64,000 nucleotides of DNA from Pseudomonadota bacterium (lineage in GTDB: Bacteria > Campylobacterota > Campylobacteria > Campylobacterales > Sulfurimonadaceae). The stretch's first letter is position 1. Each line of letters opens with the position of its first letter. Location of the stretch: NCBI GenBank assembly GCA_043797085.1, contig JAZDQA010000004.1:75005-139004 (forward strand), read 5' to 3'. The notes under the pieces are model-generated. The model saw only the letters and a list, made by a program, of their open reading frames with translations. It made no database searches and was not told the origin of the DNA. The translations under genes and the position numbers were made by a program. This document shows, piece after piece, positions 30,804 through 41,778 of the stretch.

Positions 30804-31276
30804 GCTACCATCTCAATCGCACCGCTGGGGCACACGCCGATACAATATCCACATCCCGTACATTTTTCAGGGAGGATAATCGGATGCAACATGCCTTTGA
30901 AAACAATTGCATTCTCCAAGCACGGCTCCTTGCAGGAAAAACAAATCGTCCCGTGATGGGACATGCAATTTAACATGGTGATTTTCGCATGGCCTTGTAT
31001 GAAACGATTTGGATCATTTAGTACATTCGGAGTACATGCTTCGAGACATTTATGACAATCACTGCATCCTGTTGTTTTAAAATCCAAAAAAGGGATTTTC
31101 TGATCATCAAGACGAATGATGTTCTCTTCACACGCAGTTGCACACATCGCTTCACATGTTTTACACGCTTCAAATGTTTCATTCAAAAGCGCGTATGGAG
31201 GGCGAGTGGAAGATTTTACGTCATTAAAGAGTGCCGAAAGAGCACCAAAAAATCCTCCTCTTTTCGCCGTTTCCAT
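30800..31276 (-). CDS. napF: ferredoxin-type protein NapF
   Basis: RPPYA and multiple CxxCxxCxxxCP motifs. Confidence 0.85.
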   Translation of the reverse strand: METAKRGGFFGALSALFNDVKSSTRPPYALLNETFEACKTCEAMCATACEENIIRLDDQKIPFLDFKTTGCSDCHKCLEACTPNVLNDPNRFIQGHAKITMLNCMSHHGTICFSCKEPCLENAIVFKGMLHPIILPEKCTGCGYCIGVCPSGAIEMVA

Positions 31277-31278
31277 GA

Positions 31279-31887
31279 CTATAGTCCGTTTCCGACTTTG
31301 ACACCGATGTCAAGTTCATCCATGAGATACGATGACTTTTTATGCTTTTGACCTTTTTTATCGGTATAGTCCGGTTTGAAACTGCTCTCTACTCGCAGTT
31401 TCCCTTGGGTTTGCGGTGCATGGCATTGGGTACAGTTGTAACGTCCTTGCCAGAGTTGACCATGCAAATCTTTTTTGATAATAACATCATTGCTTTCAGA
31501 TTTGAAGTTATCATCTTCATCGGATTCTACCGCCGGTCTAAAGCTCGTGAAATGCGATTTTGGTATCGAAGTTGCCCCAACACTGGGAGCAATTTCAGGC
31601 ATGTGACATCCCAGACACGCATTGTTATTTTTATCAATCTCGCCTAGACTGTCAATTTCATGAGGAATCATCGGCGGTGCATTGGTATACGCACGCGGAA
31701 TTTTCTTTGACGTTCCGGGAGCTTCAGTGTGATAGTTAGTCCCATCTGGTTTAGCCGTGTCTTCTGTGTATAAATCAGCACTGCGCATCCCCAGCTGTGT
31801 TTCATCTATTGAGGTATTTCCAGCGTAAAGACCGCTAATAATCAGTGAAGCAGCAATGAAGCTGCTCATCATTTTTCTTGCTTTCAT
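31279..31887 (-). CDS. napB: periplasmic nitrate reductase diheme cytochrome c subunit
   Basis: APPMIPH, CLGCH, CTQCH. Confidence 0.93.
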   Translation of the reverse strand: MKARKMMSSFIAASLIISGLYAGNTSIDETQLGMRSADLYTEDTAKPDGTNYHTEAPGTSKKIPRAYTNAPPMIPHEIDSLGEIDKNNNACLGCHMPEIAPSVGATSIPKSHFTSFRPAVESDEDDNFKSESNDVIIKKDLHGQLWQGRYNCTQCHAPQTQGKLRVESSFKPDYTDKKGQKHKKSSYLMDELDIGVKVGNGL

Positions 31888-32702
31888 TCTTCATCCTTTG
31901 GTTGTTTTGTGAAACTTCGGATCGAAAATCCGAGCGCGTCTTCTTGACAGACATCTACGCATCTGCCACAATTTGTGCACTCACCCATAAGTACACTTTC
32001 ACTGCTGCGATTGATCATATGAAGGACCTCTTTTTCAGGGCACACCGTGATGCAACTGCGACAATCGGTACATTTATCAGCATCATGAGAAACACGGATA
32101 AGGGAAAATTTCCCGATAAGCGAATACGTCGCGCCCAGTGGACACACATACCCGCACCATCCATTCTCATGTACCAGTAAATCAAACAAAAAGATCACGA
32201 CTAGCGCACCGCCGCCCATCCCCATACCGAAGATAAGTCCACGGTGAGCCATTGAAACAGGGCTGATAAGTTCAAACGCTGCTACTCCCATAAGAGCAGA
32301 AAGGATTAAACTCAAACCTAAAATCCAATAGCGTAATGATCGGCTCATATAAAATCGTTTCTGCACTTCAGAAAATTTCAAAGCTCGACGCAGCCATGCC
32401 GCCGTATCGGTAATAATGTTGATAGGACACACCCAGCTGCAAAAGGCACGCCCACCGATAACACCATAGAAAAGTGTCACGATTAATGCACCGAGCAGTA
32501 TATCCATCCCTAAACTTGCCCCCGTAACGGCAATTTGCATCACCGCATAGGGATCACTTAGGGGAATAACTCCCAACACAGAGGAAGTGCTGAGATTACC
32601 TTGCAACATTTTCCATCCCCACACATTGGCTCCTATATAAAGAACCAAGAGTGTGATTTGTGTTAAACGACGGAGGATTAAATAGCGATAATTTTTCATC
32701 AT
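31884..32702 (-). CDS. napH: quinol dehydrogenase membrane subunit NapH
   Basis: FCSWVCP, WCGYVCPLG, two CxxCxxCxxxC clusters. Confidence 0.95.
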   Translation of the reverse strand: MMKNYRYLILRRLTQITLLVLYIGANVWGWKMLQGNLSTSSVLGVIPLSDPYAVMQIAVTGASLGMDILLGALIVTLFYGVIGGRAFCSWVCPINIITDTAAWLRRALKFSEVQKRFYMSRSLRYWILGLSLILSALMGVAAFELISPVSMAHRGLIFGMGMGGGALVVIFLFDLLVHENGWCGYVCPLGATYSLIGKFSLIRVSHDADKCTDCRSCITVCPEKEVLHMINRSSESVLMGECTNCGRCVDVCQEDALGFSIRSFTKQPKDEE

Positions 32703-33502
32703 AATCCTCCTTCGTCATTGAGTGAATCAAGCGCACTTTTTTCGCTTATCTTGGTTTTAGTGACCTCTATTGAGGCTCCTTCTAACCGTTTTTCGTCCGT
32801 TTTATCCCACCCTTTTATATAGTGGTCTCCCACTTTCCCCATGGCTAATGCTCTGGGGAAGATATGGATAGCGGCGATTTCAGTAACACATGCGTGCTCA
32901 CACATCCCGCATCCTGTACACACTTCCGCATGCACAACAGGTTTTAAAAATGCATGCTTCCCCGTGCGTTCATTTTTGGACGTTTCGATGGTAATGGCTT
33001 CGCCTAAAAGCGGACACGCACGGTAGCACGCATCACACTGGATTCCCCACACGGCGATACACGAACTCTCATCGACCACCGCTAAACCCATACGCGATTT
33101 ATTGATGTCCAAAACGGCTTTGCTTTTCACATAGCTGCTTACGGAGGGTTCGTTCAATGCACCGCTAGGGCACACCGGTACACACGGAATATCCGTACAC
33201 ATATAACAAGGTACAGATCGTGGGGTAAAAAACGGTGTCCCGATGGGGAGATTGTCCCCTGGACGCGCTAATATCAGAGTGTCATACGGACACGCTTCCA
33301 CACACAAACCGCACTTGATACAGTTTTTGATAAACTCCGCTTCATCCAGCGCTCCCGGAGGGCGCAAAACCAGAGGCGCTGCTTTTACTTCACCCACATA
33401 GGCACTCCAGACCAAAGCCCCCATCGCACTCAACCCAATTCCTCTCGCAATAGAGAGGAGAAAACGGCGACGATCATTAGGAGTTTTAGTACTCATGGTC
33501 AT
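32699..33502 (-). CDS. napG: quinol dehydrogenase ferredoxin subunit NapG
   Basis: Tat RRRFL, LRPPGA, CIKCGLCVEACP and further 4Fe-4S motifs. Confidence 0.95.
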   Translation of the reverse strand: MTMSTKTPNDRRRFLLSIARGIGLSAMGALVWSAYVGEVKAAPLVLRPPGALDEAEFIKNCIKCGLCVEACPYDTLILARPGDNLPIGTPFFTPRSVPCYMCTDIPCVPVCPSGALNEPSVSSYVKSKAVLDINKSRMGLAVVDESSCIAVWGIQCDACYRACPLLGEAITIETSKNERTGKHAFLKPVVHAEVCTGCGMCEHACVTEIAAIHIFPRALAMGKVGDHYIKGWDKTDEKRLEGASIEVTKTKISEKSALDSLNDEGGL

Positions 33503-36291
33503 TACGCTTTATAGATTTTGACGGCACATTTTTTGTGGTCGATTTGTTTAGAAATCGGACACGTGTGATCCAAACATACTTTGTTGATAAATACTTTTTC
33601 ATCAAACCATGGTACGAATACCAATCCTTTTGGAGGACGGTTACGACCACGAGTTTCGACGTGTGCTTTTACTTTACCACGGCGTGATTCTACCCACACC
33701 ATCTCGCCACGCTTCACTCCGCGCTTTTGTGCATCATCAGGGTGCATATAACACAATGCCTCCGGAACCGCACGATAAAGCTCAGGAACACGCATCGTCA
33801 TGGTACCGCTGTGCCAATGCTCGAGTACACGACCGGTACAAAGCCAAATGTCATAGTTTTTATCAGGTACTTCGGTTGGTTCCATATACGGACGGAAAAA
33901 GATTTTGGCTTTGTTATCCAAATTCACTTTTGCACTGTTCGTAACCCCTTTAAGATTTCCGGTTGGAATGTCTTTGAACGCATGGCCGTAGAATGCGAAT
34001 GCACCGTTGTTTGCTTTTTTCGCATACGGATCGTATTTCGCGTTGTAACGCCAGAACGTCTCTTTCCCATCGACAACCGGCCATTTTAGACCGCGTACAC
34101 GGTGATAGGTATCGAAATCGGCGTAGTCATGTCCATGCCCGTCACCAAATTTACGATACTCTTCCCAAAGATATTTTTGGATGAAGAAGCCATATCCTTT
34201 GAACGGTTTTCCATCGCTTCCGATAACATTACGTTTATCGCCTTCAACTTCAGAGTTTTGATAGCCTTTGCCCACTGGATCAGGCCATTTAAATGCTTTT
34301 GCCCGTGCATTGCCAAAAAGGACATCGTACAAGGTTGAGTTATCGTTGTATCCCATTGCTTTGGCTTTGCCCATAACGTCAGGTAATCCGCCATCCAGTC
34401 CTGGAATTTTTTGCGCTCCCCATACTTCTTTGATCGTAAAGCGTTTGGAAAGCTCTACAAACTGCCATGTATCGGACATCGAATCACCCATTGGAGTGAC
34501 TTGCTGACGCCAGTGTTGTGTTCGGCGTTCTGCATTACCGTACGCTCCCCATTTCTCATACATCATCGCACTTGGTAAAATCAAATCGGATACTTTTGCT
34601 GAAATTCCCGGATAACCATCGGACGTTACGATAAAGTTGTCCATGTTTCGAGCTGCTTTAATCCAGTGATCTGCATTACCGGTATCTTGATACGGATTAC
34701 AAACACTGACCCATGCAAATTTCACCTTGCCATCTTCGAGATCACGGTGGATCTGAGTAAAGTGCGATCCTGCTTTTGGGTTAATCGTTCCATCAGGAAT
34801 CGCCCAGATGCCTTCTGCCATTTTACGGTGAGCAGGGTTCATGACGACCATGTCCGCAGGAAGTCGGTGACTGAATGTTCCTACTTCACGAGCTGTTCCA
34901 CACGCGGATGGTTGACCTGTGAGCGAGAATGCACCATTACCCGGTTTGGCTTGTTTACCCAGTAGGAAATGCACCATGTAAGCTTGTTCATTAACCCATG
35001 TTCCACGTGTATGCTGATTAAAGCCCATCGTCCAGAATGTCAAACATTTGCGTTTTTTCTCGATGTAAAGATCTGCCATTTTTTTAAGTTTTGCTTTGTA
35101 GCTTTCCATGCTCTCATCTGCATCACCTTTGGAAACGTGTGCAACATAATCGAGGGTATAGGGAGCAAGACCTTTTTTGAACTCTTCAAAGGTGATTTTC
35201 CAATGTTTGTTCGCATCATTGGTATTTTTCATCTCCAGCGTATCGCCCTCTTTGTAGCCTAAATATCCAAGACTGACTCCCTCATCGGCAGTTAGAACTT
35301 TAGATTTTTGTTTGGCTGCGGTATCGAGCTCTTTCGCCCCATATTTAGGGTGGTGAATGTCTTCGCGAAGCCCGTATCCGATGTCTACAGGACCGGTTGC
35401 AAATACGATATTTTTATCTAAGAACTCTTTGTCCATGGCTTCAGGATGATTGTACACAATCTCACGAGCGATGTAGTTCCAAATCGCCAAATCGGTATTA
35501 GGCTTGAAGATGATTTCGACATCCGCTAGGTCCATCGTACGATGTTTGTAGGTCGATAGAACAACAACTTGTACTTTATCAGGATTACTAAGTTTACGAT
35601 CACTGACACGTGACCAGAGGATAGGGTGCATTTCCGCCATATTTGAACCAAACGCAACAATCGTTTCAGCAAGTTCAATGTCCTCATAACAGCCCGATGG
35701 TTCATCCGCTCCAAAAACGTTCATGAATCCAGTAACAGCAGATGCCATACAAAGACGTGCATTAGGATCGATGTTGTTGGTACGGAATCCCGCTTTCATT
35801 AGCTTGAGTGCTGCGTGACCCTCCATCGCCGTTTGCTGACCTGAGCTGAACATCGCGATGCCGGTAGGTCCTTTTTCTTTGAGAGCTGATTTGATGTGTA
35901 TTTCCATCTCATCAAAAGCACGTTTCCAGCTGACAGGTTTGAATTTGCCCTGCTTATCAAATTGGCCTTTATCGTTCATGCGCAATAACGGCTGAGTAAG
36001 ACGATCCGCACCGTACATGATTTTGGCGTTAAAGTATCCTTTGATACAGTTAAGACCGCGATTAACCGGAGCCAATGGATCACCCTTGACTGCGACGATA
36101 CGATCGTCTTTGGTTGCCATCATGATACCGCATCCCGTTCCGCAAAAACGGCATGCCGCTTTATCCCAACGCCATCCTGCCTGACCCTGAGCTGATGCTG
36201 CTTCGACTGAAGCAGGTACTGCCATTCCTATTGCTGTTGCGGCAGACGCTGCTGCTGCACTTTTTAAAAATTCTCTTCTATCCAATGACAT
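33502..36291 (-). CDS. napA: periplasmic nitrate reductase catalytic subunit
   Basis: Tat signal [14 protein letters not shown]...[12 protein letters not shown] (Mo-Cys), TGRVLEHWH. Start set to ATG 36291. Confidence 0.98.
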   Translation of the reverse strand: MSLDRREFLKSAAAASAATAIGMAVPASVEAASAQGQAGWRWDKAACRFCGTGCGIMMATKDDRIVAVKGDPLAPVNRGLNCIKGYFNAKIMYGADRLTQPLLRMNDKGQFDKQGKFKPVSWKRAFDEMEIHIKSALKEKGPTGIAMFSSGQQTAMEGHAALKLMKAGFRTNNIDPNARLCMASAVTGFMNVFGADEPSGCYEDIELAETIVAFGSNMAEMHPILWSRVSDRKLSNPDKVQVVVLSTYKHRTMDLADVEIIFKPNTDLAIWNYIAREIVYNHPEAMDKEFLDKNIVFATGPVDIGYGLREDIHHPKYGAKELDTAAKQKSKVLTADEGVSLGYLGYKEGDTLEMKNTNDANKHWKITFEEFKKGLAPYTLDYVAHVSKGDADESMESYKAKLKKMADLYIEKKRKCLTFWTMGFNQHTRGTWVNEQAYMVHFLLGKQAKPGNGAFSLTGQPSACGTAREVGTFSHRLPADMVVMNPAHRKMAEGIWAIPDGTINPKAGSHFTQIHRDLEDGKVKFAWVSVCNPYQDTGNADHWIKAARNMDNFIVTSDGYPGISAKVSDLILPSAMMYEKWGAYGNAERRTQHWRQQVTPMGDSMSDTWQFVELSKRFTIKEVWGAQKIPGLDGGLPDVMGKAKAMGYNDNSTLYDVLFGNARAKAFKWPDPVGKGYQNSEVEGDKRNVIGSDGKPFKGYGFFIQKYLWEEYRKFGDGHGHDYADFDTYHRVRGLKWPVVDGKETFWRYNAKYDPYAKKANNGAFAFYGHAFKDIPTGNLKGVTNSAKVNLDNKAKIFFRPYMEPTEVPDKNYDIWLCTGRVLEHWHSGTMTMRVPELYRAVPEALCYMHPDDAQKRGVKRGEMVWVESRRGKVKAHVETRGRNRPPKGLVFVPWFDEKVFINKVCLDHTCPISKQIDHKKCAVKIYKA

Positions 36292-36412
36292 AAAAGCCCC
36301 CTTAGTGGAATCACTTGTTCGTTCCAAAATGGACGAACTCCTTAAGTTTTCCTGATGCTATGAAATAACTCATGCACTTCAAACATTATAAAGAAATAGG
36401 AGAAAAAAGGTT

Positions 36413-36426
36413 TTGACTTAGGTCAA
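36413..36426 (-). promoter_or_regulatory. Fnr/Nss-type box, napA promoter
   Basis: TTGAC-TTAG-GTCAA; minus-strand TATAAT at 36385-36390 (22 nt gap), placing the box near -41.5. Confidence 0.85.
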
Positions 36427-36444
36427 GAAACGAAAAAATGCCGA

Positions 36445-37341
36445 TTAGGCATTTCGTATTTCGTTGGCTTTTTGGAGGTTGTTTTTAAGTTTTTTAAGAC
36501 GCAGAGAGGTTTGGTGCAGTTCTTCGCTTACTTGGATCATTACATCTTCACTTTGTTCTAGCAGTTCTTCGGCTTCGGGGGTGGAACTCATGAGACTGGC
36601 AGTTGCAGCTTCACTCTTCTCGACCGCATCCGTAGCACTTTGGAGCGCTTCTTCGACATTACGTAAAAAATACTCGATATGAGAGCAGGCAATATCGAGT
36701 TCGTTTCCACTATGGGTGAGATTTTCTTCACCGCTAATACTTTTTGAATGTTCTAGGAATTTTTCAAAATTGCGTTGTATCTGTAATGTTGTCCGCGCCA
36801 TGTAGAGGATAATAGCAAAAGAGATGAGGGCAAGAGTAATTTGAATACGGTGCGCCAGTACTCGTTTTTCCATCATCGATTCTTCGTATTGGTTCACTGC
36901 TTTGTCCATCAATGCCAGCGTTTGATCTCCATTCTCATAAATGGTTTTAAGATCATACAAGTTGTGATCCCCTTGTAAATAACGATCGATCAGTCCTCCC
37001 ATGCGATTCCAATGTCTATGCACTTCCATCATGGTAATATCGATTTTTTCATTTTTAAAAGCATGATAGTCTGAAGTCGTTGCACTAAGCTGTTTAAAAT
37101 TACGATCAAATTCTTCTCGTGCACTTTGCAGCCGCTCGTATGCTCCATCTTCATCCACCAACAGACGGTGTAGTTCCAAGACGGTACGCTGGGAGAGCAT
37201 TCGCTGTTTTCCGGCTGTATTGATTACTTTGGCATCGAGTTTTTGAGATGAATTGAGCCAAATATCGACCATAATAATAGTAATAAGATTGATTGAGAGA
37301 ATGAGAACGATCCAACGAATTTTAGTAGATATTGATTGCAT
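36445..37341 (-). CDS. membrane protein with NarX/PilJ-type nitrate-sensing periplasmic domain and no kinase domain
   Basis: TM1, P-box-like DAKVINTAGKQRMLSQR, TM2, then about 115 aa of coiled coil only. Confidence 0.8.
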   Translation of the reverse strand: MQSISTKIRWIVLILSINLITIIMVDIWLNSSQKLDAKVINTAGKQRMLSQRTVLELHRLLVDEDGAYERLQSAREEFDRNFKQLSATTSDYHAFKNEKIDITMMEVHRHWNRMGGLIDRYLQGDHNLYDLKTIYENGDQTLALMDKAVNQYEESMMEKRVLAHRIQITLALISFAIILYMARTTLQIQRNFEKFLEHSKSISGEENLTHSGNELDIACSHIEYFLRNVEEALQSATDAVEKSEAATASLMSSTPEAEELLEQSEDVMIQVSEELHQTSLRLKKLKNNLQKANEIRNA

Positions 37342-38033
37342 TATAGCCCCTCCGTAAAATAGTGTGCTAACTCATCTCGTAAAAGAATGAGTGTTTTGTG
37401 ATCTTCTTCGATGATAATGCCCTTACGGATAAATTTAGCCAATACACGCGAAAGGGTAGCTGGCTGAATATTAAGACGATAGGATATTTCTTGTTTTTTC
37501 AGACTGTTATAAAGATCAAGATTTCCGTGCAGCATTTTAGCAACTTTTGCAGTGACATCGTGCACCATTCCCATCGTTACCATACAATCGATCATTTGTT
37601 TTTGATTCGCGAGAAGATTCACCAATCGAATCAGTAACGTATTGTCATTTTTTACAACCTCATTAAAAGCTTTTAAATCACACGACATCACGCGGCTGTG
37701 GGAGAGAAACTCAACATTGCTAAAACAACTGATACGATCACAATCAAGTGAACCGATATTGGTCAGTAATGCTTGATCCTTTAAGGTATACAAAAAAACT
37801 TCGTTATCAAATCGATCCACTTTATAAAACTTCACTTCTCCCTCAAGGAGAAAATAAACACGATTAATATCATCATCTTCATACACTAAGATATCCGATG
37901 CTTCATAATTTTTTATTTTTGTATTAATGGATAATGGGGATAGTTTTTGCGGATCACATCCTTTAAAAAAATCAAGCTGTTCCAACATCAATGGAGTATT
38001 CCTTACGTAATAATCTATTTTAAATGATAACAC
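37341..38033 (-). CDS. Crp/Fnr-family transcriptional regulator
   Basis: YFLLEGEVKFYK cNMP-binding fold, C-terminal HTH QEISYRLNIQPATLSRVL. TAATG coupling to the sensor gene; start uncertain (38033/37991/37988). Confidence 0.9.
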   Translation of the reverse strand: MLSFKIDYYVRNTPLMLEQLDFFKGCDPQKLSPLSINTKIKNYEASDILVYEDDDINRVYFLLEGEVKFYKVDRFDNEVFLYTLKDQALLTNIGSLDCDRISCFSNVEFLSHSRVMSCDLKAFNEVVKNDNTLLIRLVNLLANQKQMIDCMVTMGMVHDVTAKVAKMLHGNLDLYNSLKKQEISYRLNIQPATLSRVLAKFIRKGIIIEEDHKTLILLRDELAHYFTEGL

Positions 38034-38051
38034 ACACCTCTATCATTCGAA

Positions 38052-38065
38052 TTGACATAAATCAA
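38052..38065 (+). promoter_or_regulatory. Fnr/Nss-type box, moaA promoter
   Basis: TTGAC-ATAA-ATCAA; plus-strand TACCAT at 38088-38093 (22 nt gap). Confidence 0.75.
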
Positions 38066-38106
38066 GAACATCCATTTGAAGATAAGCTACCATAAGCCAA
38101 GTATAA

Positions 38107-39090
38107 ATGAAGAAGGCTGACCCAATGTTGATAGACAGTTTTAATCGTGAAGTCAATTATTTACGTGTATCCGTCACCGAGCGATGCAATTTCAGGTGTC
38201 GTTACTGCATGGCAGAAAAGCCCTTTAGCTGGGTGCCAAAAGAAAATCTTCTTAGTTACGAAGAGCTTTTTGCTTTTATCAAAATCAGTATTGACAGTGG
38301 TATTCGTAAAATCCGTATTACAGGCGGAGAGCCAACCACGAGAGAAAATCTCGATGAGTTGATTGCTATGATACACACCTATGCACCCGAAGTCGATATC
38401 GGGCTTACTAGCAATGGTTTTTTACTTCCCGCAATGGCCCAAAGGCTCAAAAGGGCAGGGTTAAAACGGGTCAATATTTCACTTGACTCACTGGAAAAAG
38501 AGACATTGCATTATATCGCCCAAAAAGATGTTCTTGAATCCGTATTAAAAGGGATAGATGCCGCAATCGATGCCGGATTATCCGTCAAAATCAACAGCGT
38601 TATTTTGCGCGGAATCAATGATCACGAAATAGGGTCTTTGTTCGAATATGCCCAAAATATCGGTGCGCAAATACGTTACATCGAATACATGGAAAACATT
38701 CATGCCTCCGATGGGATAAAAGGTCTTGCAAGCTATGAAATACTCTCAGAACTCTCTAAAACTCATTCATTCTCTCGTATCGTAAACGAAAAAAGCGGTC
38801 CCGCAAATTTGTATGAAACGTCCAAGGGATACCATTTCGGTACGATTGAACCCCATCGTCACGATTTTTGTGCAACCTGCGACCGTCTTCGTTTGAGTGC
38901 TGAGGGTGATTTGATCGGGTGTTTGTATTTCGAGGGGGCAAAAAACATCAAAGAAGCAATCCGTAACGGTGATACTCAAGAGGCTTATAAAATGTTAGCC
39001 GAAGTGGTCGATAACAAGCCCGAAAAAAATCTCTGGGGAATCGAAAACGTGGAAATTTCCTCGCGTGCGTTTTATCGAACGGGAGGATGA
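38107..39090 (+). CDS. moaA: GTP 3',8-cyclase (molybdopterin biosynthesis)
   Basis: YLRVSVTERCNFRCRYC, TGGEP, FCATCDRLR...GCL, C-terminal GG. Start 38107 or 38125. Confidence 0.96.
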   Translation: MKKADPMLIDSFNREVNYLRVSVTERCNFRCRYCMAEKPFSWVPKENLLSYEELFAFIKISIDSGIRKIRITGGEPTTRENLDELIAMIHTYAPEVDIGLTSNGFLLPAMAQRLKRAGLKRVNISLDSLEKETLHYIAQKDVLESVLKGIDAAIDAGLSVKINSVILRGINDHEIGSLFEYAQNIGAQIRYIEYMENIHASDGIKGLASYEILSELSKTHSFSRIVNEKSGPANLYETSKGYHFGTIEPHRHDFCATCDRLRLSAEGDLIGCLYFEGAKNIKEAIRNGDTQEAYKMLAEVVDNKPEKNLWGIENVEISSRAFYRTGG

Positions 39091-39098
39091 AAGTTCCC

Positions 39099-39848
39099 TT
39101 ATGCCTCCAGATAGTATCCAACTCCTGAAGCATTTTTGATGACATCTTCGGAAAGCTTTTTACGTAAACGCCAGACTAGAGTTCGCACACTATTGACACT
39201 CACATATTCTTCTCCCCAAACATACGACATCGCGAGTTCAAAATCGACTGTACGTCCAAAATTAACAGCCAGTAATCGGATAAAAGCATTCTCTGTTTTA
39301 CTCAAATAAATTTTTTGATTTTTATAAAAAGTCTCTCCCAGTGAAATGTCATGTCGATAATATTTTCCAAATTCGACAATAGGTTTATCGGAGCTTTTTT
39401 TAACAAAGAGAAGCTTTTCAAGATCCTCTTTGTTGTGTTTTAACTCATCGATATTGACGAATCTTTTTTGCTCTTCTTCGAAACGATACAGTGCCATTTG
39501 GATTGTTGTGTGAAGATTGAGTGGTTCAAAAGGTTTGACTATATAGCCGTAAGGCTCTGTCTGCTTGGCATTTATAAGTGTATTACTTCCAGAATGGGCG
39601 GTGAGATAGATAAAAGGGAGCGGCATTTTAGTACGAATAAATTGCGCTATTTCTATTCCTTGCTTCTGGCCTTTTAGCTCTATGTCGATGAGTACGATGT
39701 CAGGATAGTAAATTTTTAGTTTTTTTTGAGCACTTTGCTTATCATTAGCGACTGAGACTACCTTATATCCGAATGTCTCCAACGATAGGGTTAAGTTGAG
39801 AGCTGTAACATCATCATCTTCAACGATAAGTATTTTAATGGATGCCAC
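39099..39848 (-). CDS. orphan response regulator (REC plus OmpR-type winged HTH)
   Basis: ILIVEDD, DIVLIDI (phospho-Asp), KPF, VRTLVWRLRKKL, GVGY. Confidence 0.9.
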   Translation of the reverse strand: MASIKILIVEDDDVTALNLTLSLETFGYKVVSVANDKQSAQKKLKIYYPDIVLIDIELKGQKQGIEIAQFIRTKMPLPFIYLTAHSGSNTLINAKQTEPYGYIVKPFEPLNLHTTIQMALYRFEEEQKRFVNIDELKHNKEDLEKLLFVKKSSDKPIVEFGKYYRHDISLGETFYKNQKIYLSKTENAFIRLLAVNFGRTVDFELAMSYVWGEEYVSVNSVRTLVWRLRKKLSEDVIKNASGVGYYLEA

Positions 39849-39929
39849 AGGACTCCTTTATAATTTTTAGTGACTGTTCTGATGGCTAGAAAGATTCAAA
39901 CATAATAGCAAATGCCTAAGAGATAGTAT

Positions 39930-39943
39930 TTGATATAGATCAA
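39930..39943 (-). promoter_or_regulatory. Fnr/Nss-type box, response regulator promoter
   Basis: TTGAT-ATAG-ATCAA; minus-strand TATTAT at 39902-39907 (22 nt gap). Confidence 0.7.
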
Positions 39944-39946
39944 AGT

Positions 39947-41701
39947 TTAGAGCTCCCAATATTTCTTGCTAGTCATTAATTTCTTGATTTGCGGAGAAAG
40001 GTTTTGATCGGCTTGCCCAATCGTCCAAAGTTTTTTACTCAAAGAGCGTATAGCATTTTCAAAATTATTGTCAATCAGAGATAAAAAGGATTCGCCGGAA
40101 AAAGACTCTTCCAACAACTTTCTTTCTGCGTCAAAACGACAAAAAGCAATTTTGTAAAAATGGGTATTATCCAAACTGTGCAACATCATTTTTGACCCTG
40201 TATCAAGTTTCGCCAAAAACCATAACGCACAAAACTCCTCTGAATAATGGTTGAGGACGTGGGTAGAAAAGTCTTCAAAGCTCTCCTGTTCACTGGCTTC
40301 ATACTCATCGATAATCATCTCGATAACATTACCGATGTGTTCGATGGGAACCATCGTAAAAAGCTCTCTTCCCACACTGATCCCATTCGAGTGTTGTGCT
40401 CCAAAATAGATGCGTGCGGCTTTATCAACCTCTCCAAAACTGCTCGTACGCAATCCTATCAGCCCAATATCGCAGTGCTGATGTCTTCCACATCCTTTGG
40501 CACAGCCTGAAACACCCACTTGGATACGATGCTTTTGAATTTTATCCAGAGGCAATAAAAGTGCTTCATTTTTTAAATCCCAAAACGAAAATGGGCAATA
40601 ACTGCTCCCTGCACACACAATTACTGTGGCGCTTTTGGGGAGATTTTCAAAAGGGGATGTTTTTTCAAAAAGCCCTAAAATGACAATATTTTGCTGGGTA
40701 GTGAGTCGCACTTCTGCTTCGTTTATATGGGCAAAAGTGGCGATTCGTGTAAGCTCATCGGGTGTTACACGTCCAAAATCACTCTCATAGCAAAAAGCAT
40801 AGCTCCCGTCTTGAAGTTTTTCACTCTTCGAAAATTTTCTTTTTTCCAGTATCAGCGTCCCTGCAGTTTGCCACGTTTTTTGATACTCTTGTGCAATGTA
40901 TTCTTTAAACATTTCGATGCCGATCGTCTCAAGGAGATAAAAAAGACGTATTTGTGAGCGTGTCGTTCGTAACCCATGTTTGTTAAATGCCTCGATAAAA
41001 GCACTAAAAAAAACTACGACTTCATCCGTGAGCAAGAATATATTGGCACAGCGGGCTATCTCAGTATTTTTGCCGCCCATATAGACGTTAAATCCGAAAA
41101 TTTTATCTTTTTGTGCCAATCCAAAATAGAGATCATTAGCAAAAAATGAGGTAACATTCGCTCGATTTCCAGAAATACCGGTTGAAATTCTCCGTGGTAA
41201 CATCCCAATTTGACGAGGAATTTTGAGGATAGTCTGTTCCATTTTCACAATAAGGGGATATGCCTCAATCTCGCAGGTTTCACCCAGACCGTCATACACA
41301 TCCGTCACGATATTTCGAACATTATCGCCAAACGTCTGCCATGTGGTGATTCCTGTTGCGTTAATTTGATGAAAAACACTCAATACGTTCTCGCTGGTAA
41401 GTCCATGCAGTTGTATTCCTGCACGTGCGGTCAGGATGATGTCAAGAGAATGAGACTTTGCAATGTGCGCAATGGAGTGAAGTTGTTGAACAGTTATACG
41501 ACCTGCCGTGATGCGCAAACGAAGAGTAAAATCTTCTTCATTCAGAGGGTTATTAAAAATACCAAAATCTTGAAGATAAAAAATGTCGGCTTCACTGAGT
41601 GCACTAAAATCAAGAGTTTCAATTTGCGGATAATAGTCATACGGAATCATTTTCGCTTTGTAGCGTTCCCGTTTATTCAGCTTTTTTTCGACAATACTCA
41701 T
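39947..41701 (-). CDS. ferredoxin-dependent siroheme nitrite/sulfite reductase
   Basis: LRLRITAG, LTARAGIQ, GDNVRN, VRLTTQQN; siroheme/4Fe-4S ligands CAGSSYC and SGCAKGCG. Confidence 0.88.
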   Translation of the reverse strand: MSIVEKKLNKRERYKAKMIPYDYYPQIETLDFSALSEADIFYLQDFGIFNNPLNEEDFTLRLRITAGRITVQQLHSIAHIAKSHSLDIILTARAGIQLHGLTSENVLSVFHQINATGITTWQTFGDNVRNIVTDVYDGLGETCEIEAYPLIVKMEQTILKIPRQIGMLPRRISTGISGNRANVTSFFANDLYFGLAQKDKIFGFNVYMGGKNTEIARCANIFLLTDEVVVFFSAFIEAFNKHGLRTTRSQIRLFYLLETIGIEMFKEYIAQEYQKTWQTAGTLILEKRKFSKSEKLQDGSYAFCYESDFGRVTPDELTRIATFAHINEAEVRLTTQQNIVILGLFEKTSPFENLPKSATVIVCAGSSYCPFSFWDLKNEALLLPLDKIQKHRIQVGVSGCAKGCGRHQHCDIGLIGLRTSSFGEVDKAARIYFGAQHSNGISVGRELFTMVPIEHIGNVIEMIIDEYEASEQESFEDFSTHVLNHYSEEFCALWFLAKLDTGSKMMLHSLDNTHFYKIAFCRFDAERKLLEESFSGESFLSLIDNNFENAIRSLSKKLWTIGQADQNLSPQIKKLMTSKKYWEL

Positions 41702-41778
41702 GCTTTTTTCTTACACAAAAAGTTCATAGAACCCCGATTTGTTTTGTCGTATTTTAGTTGAATTTAGGGGGAGAACTA

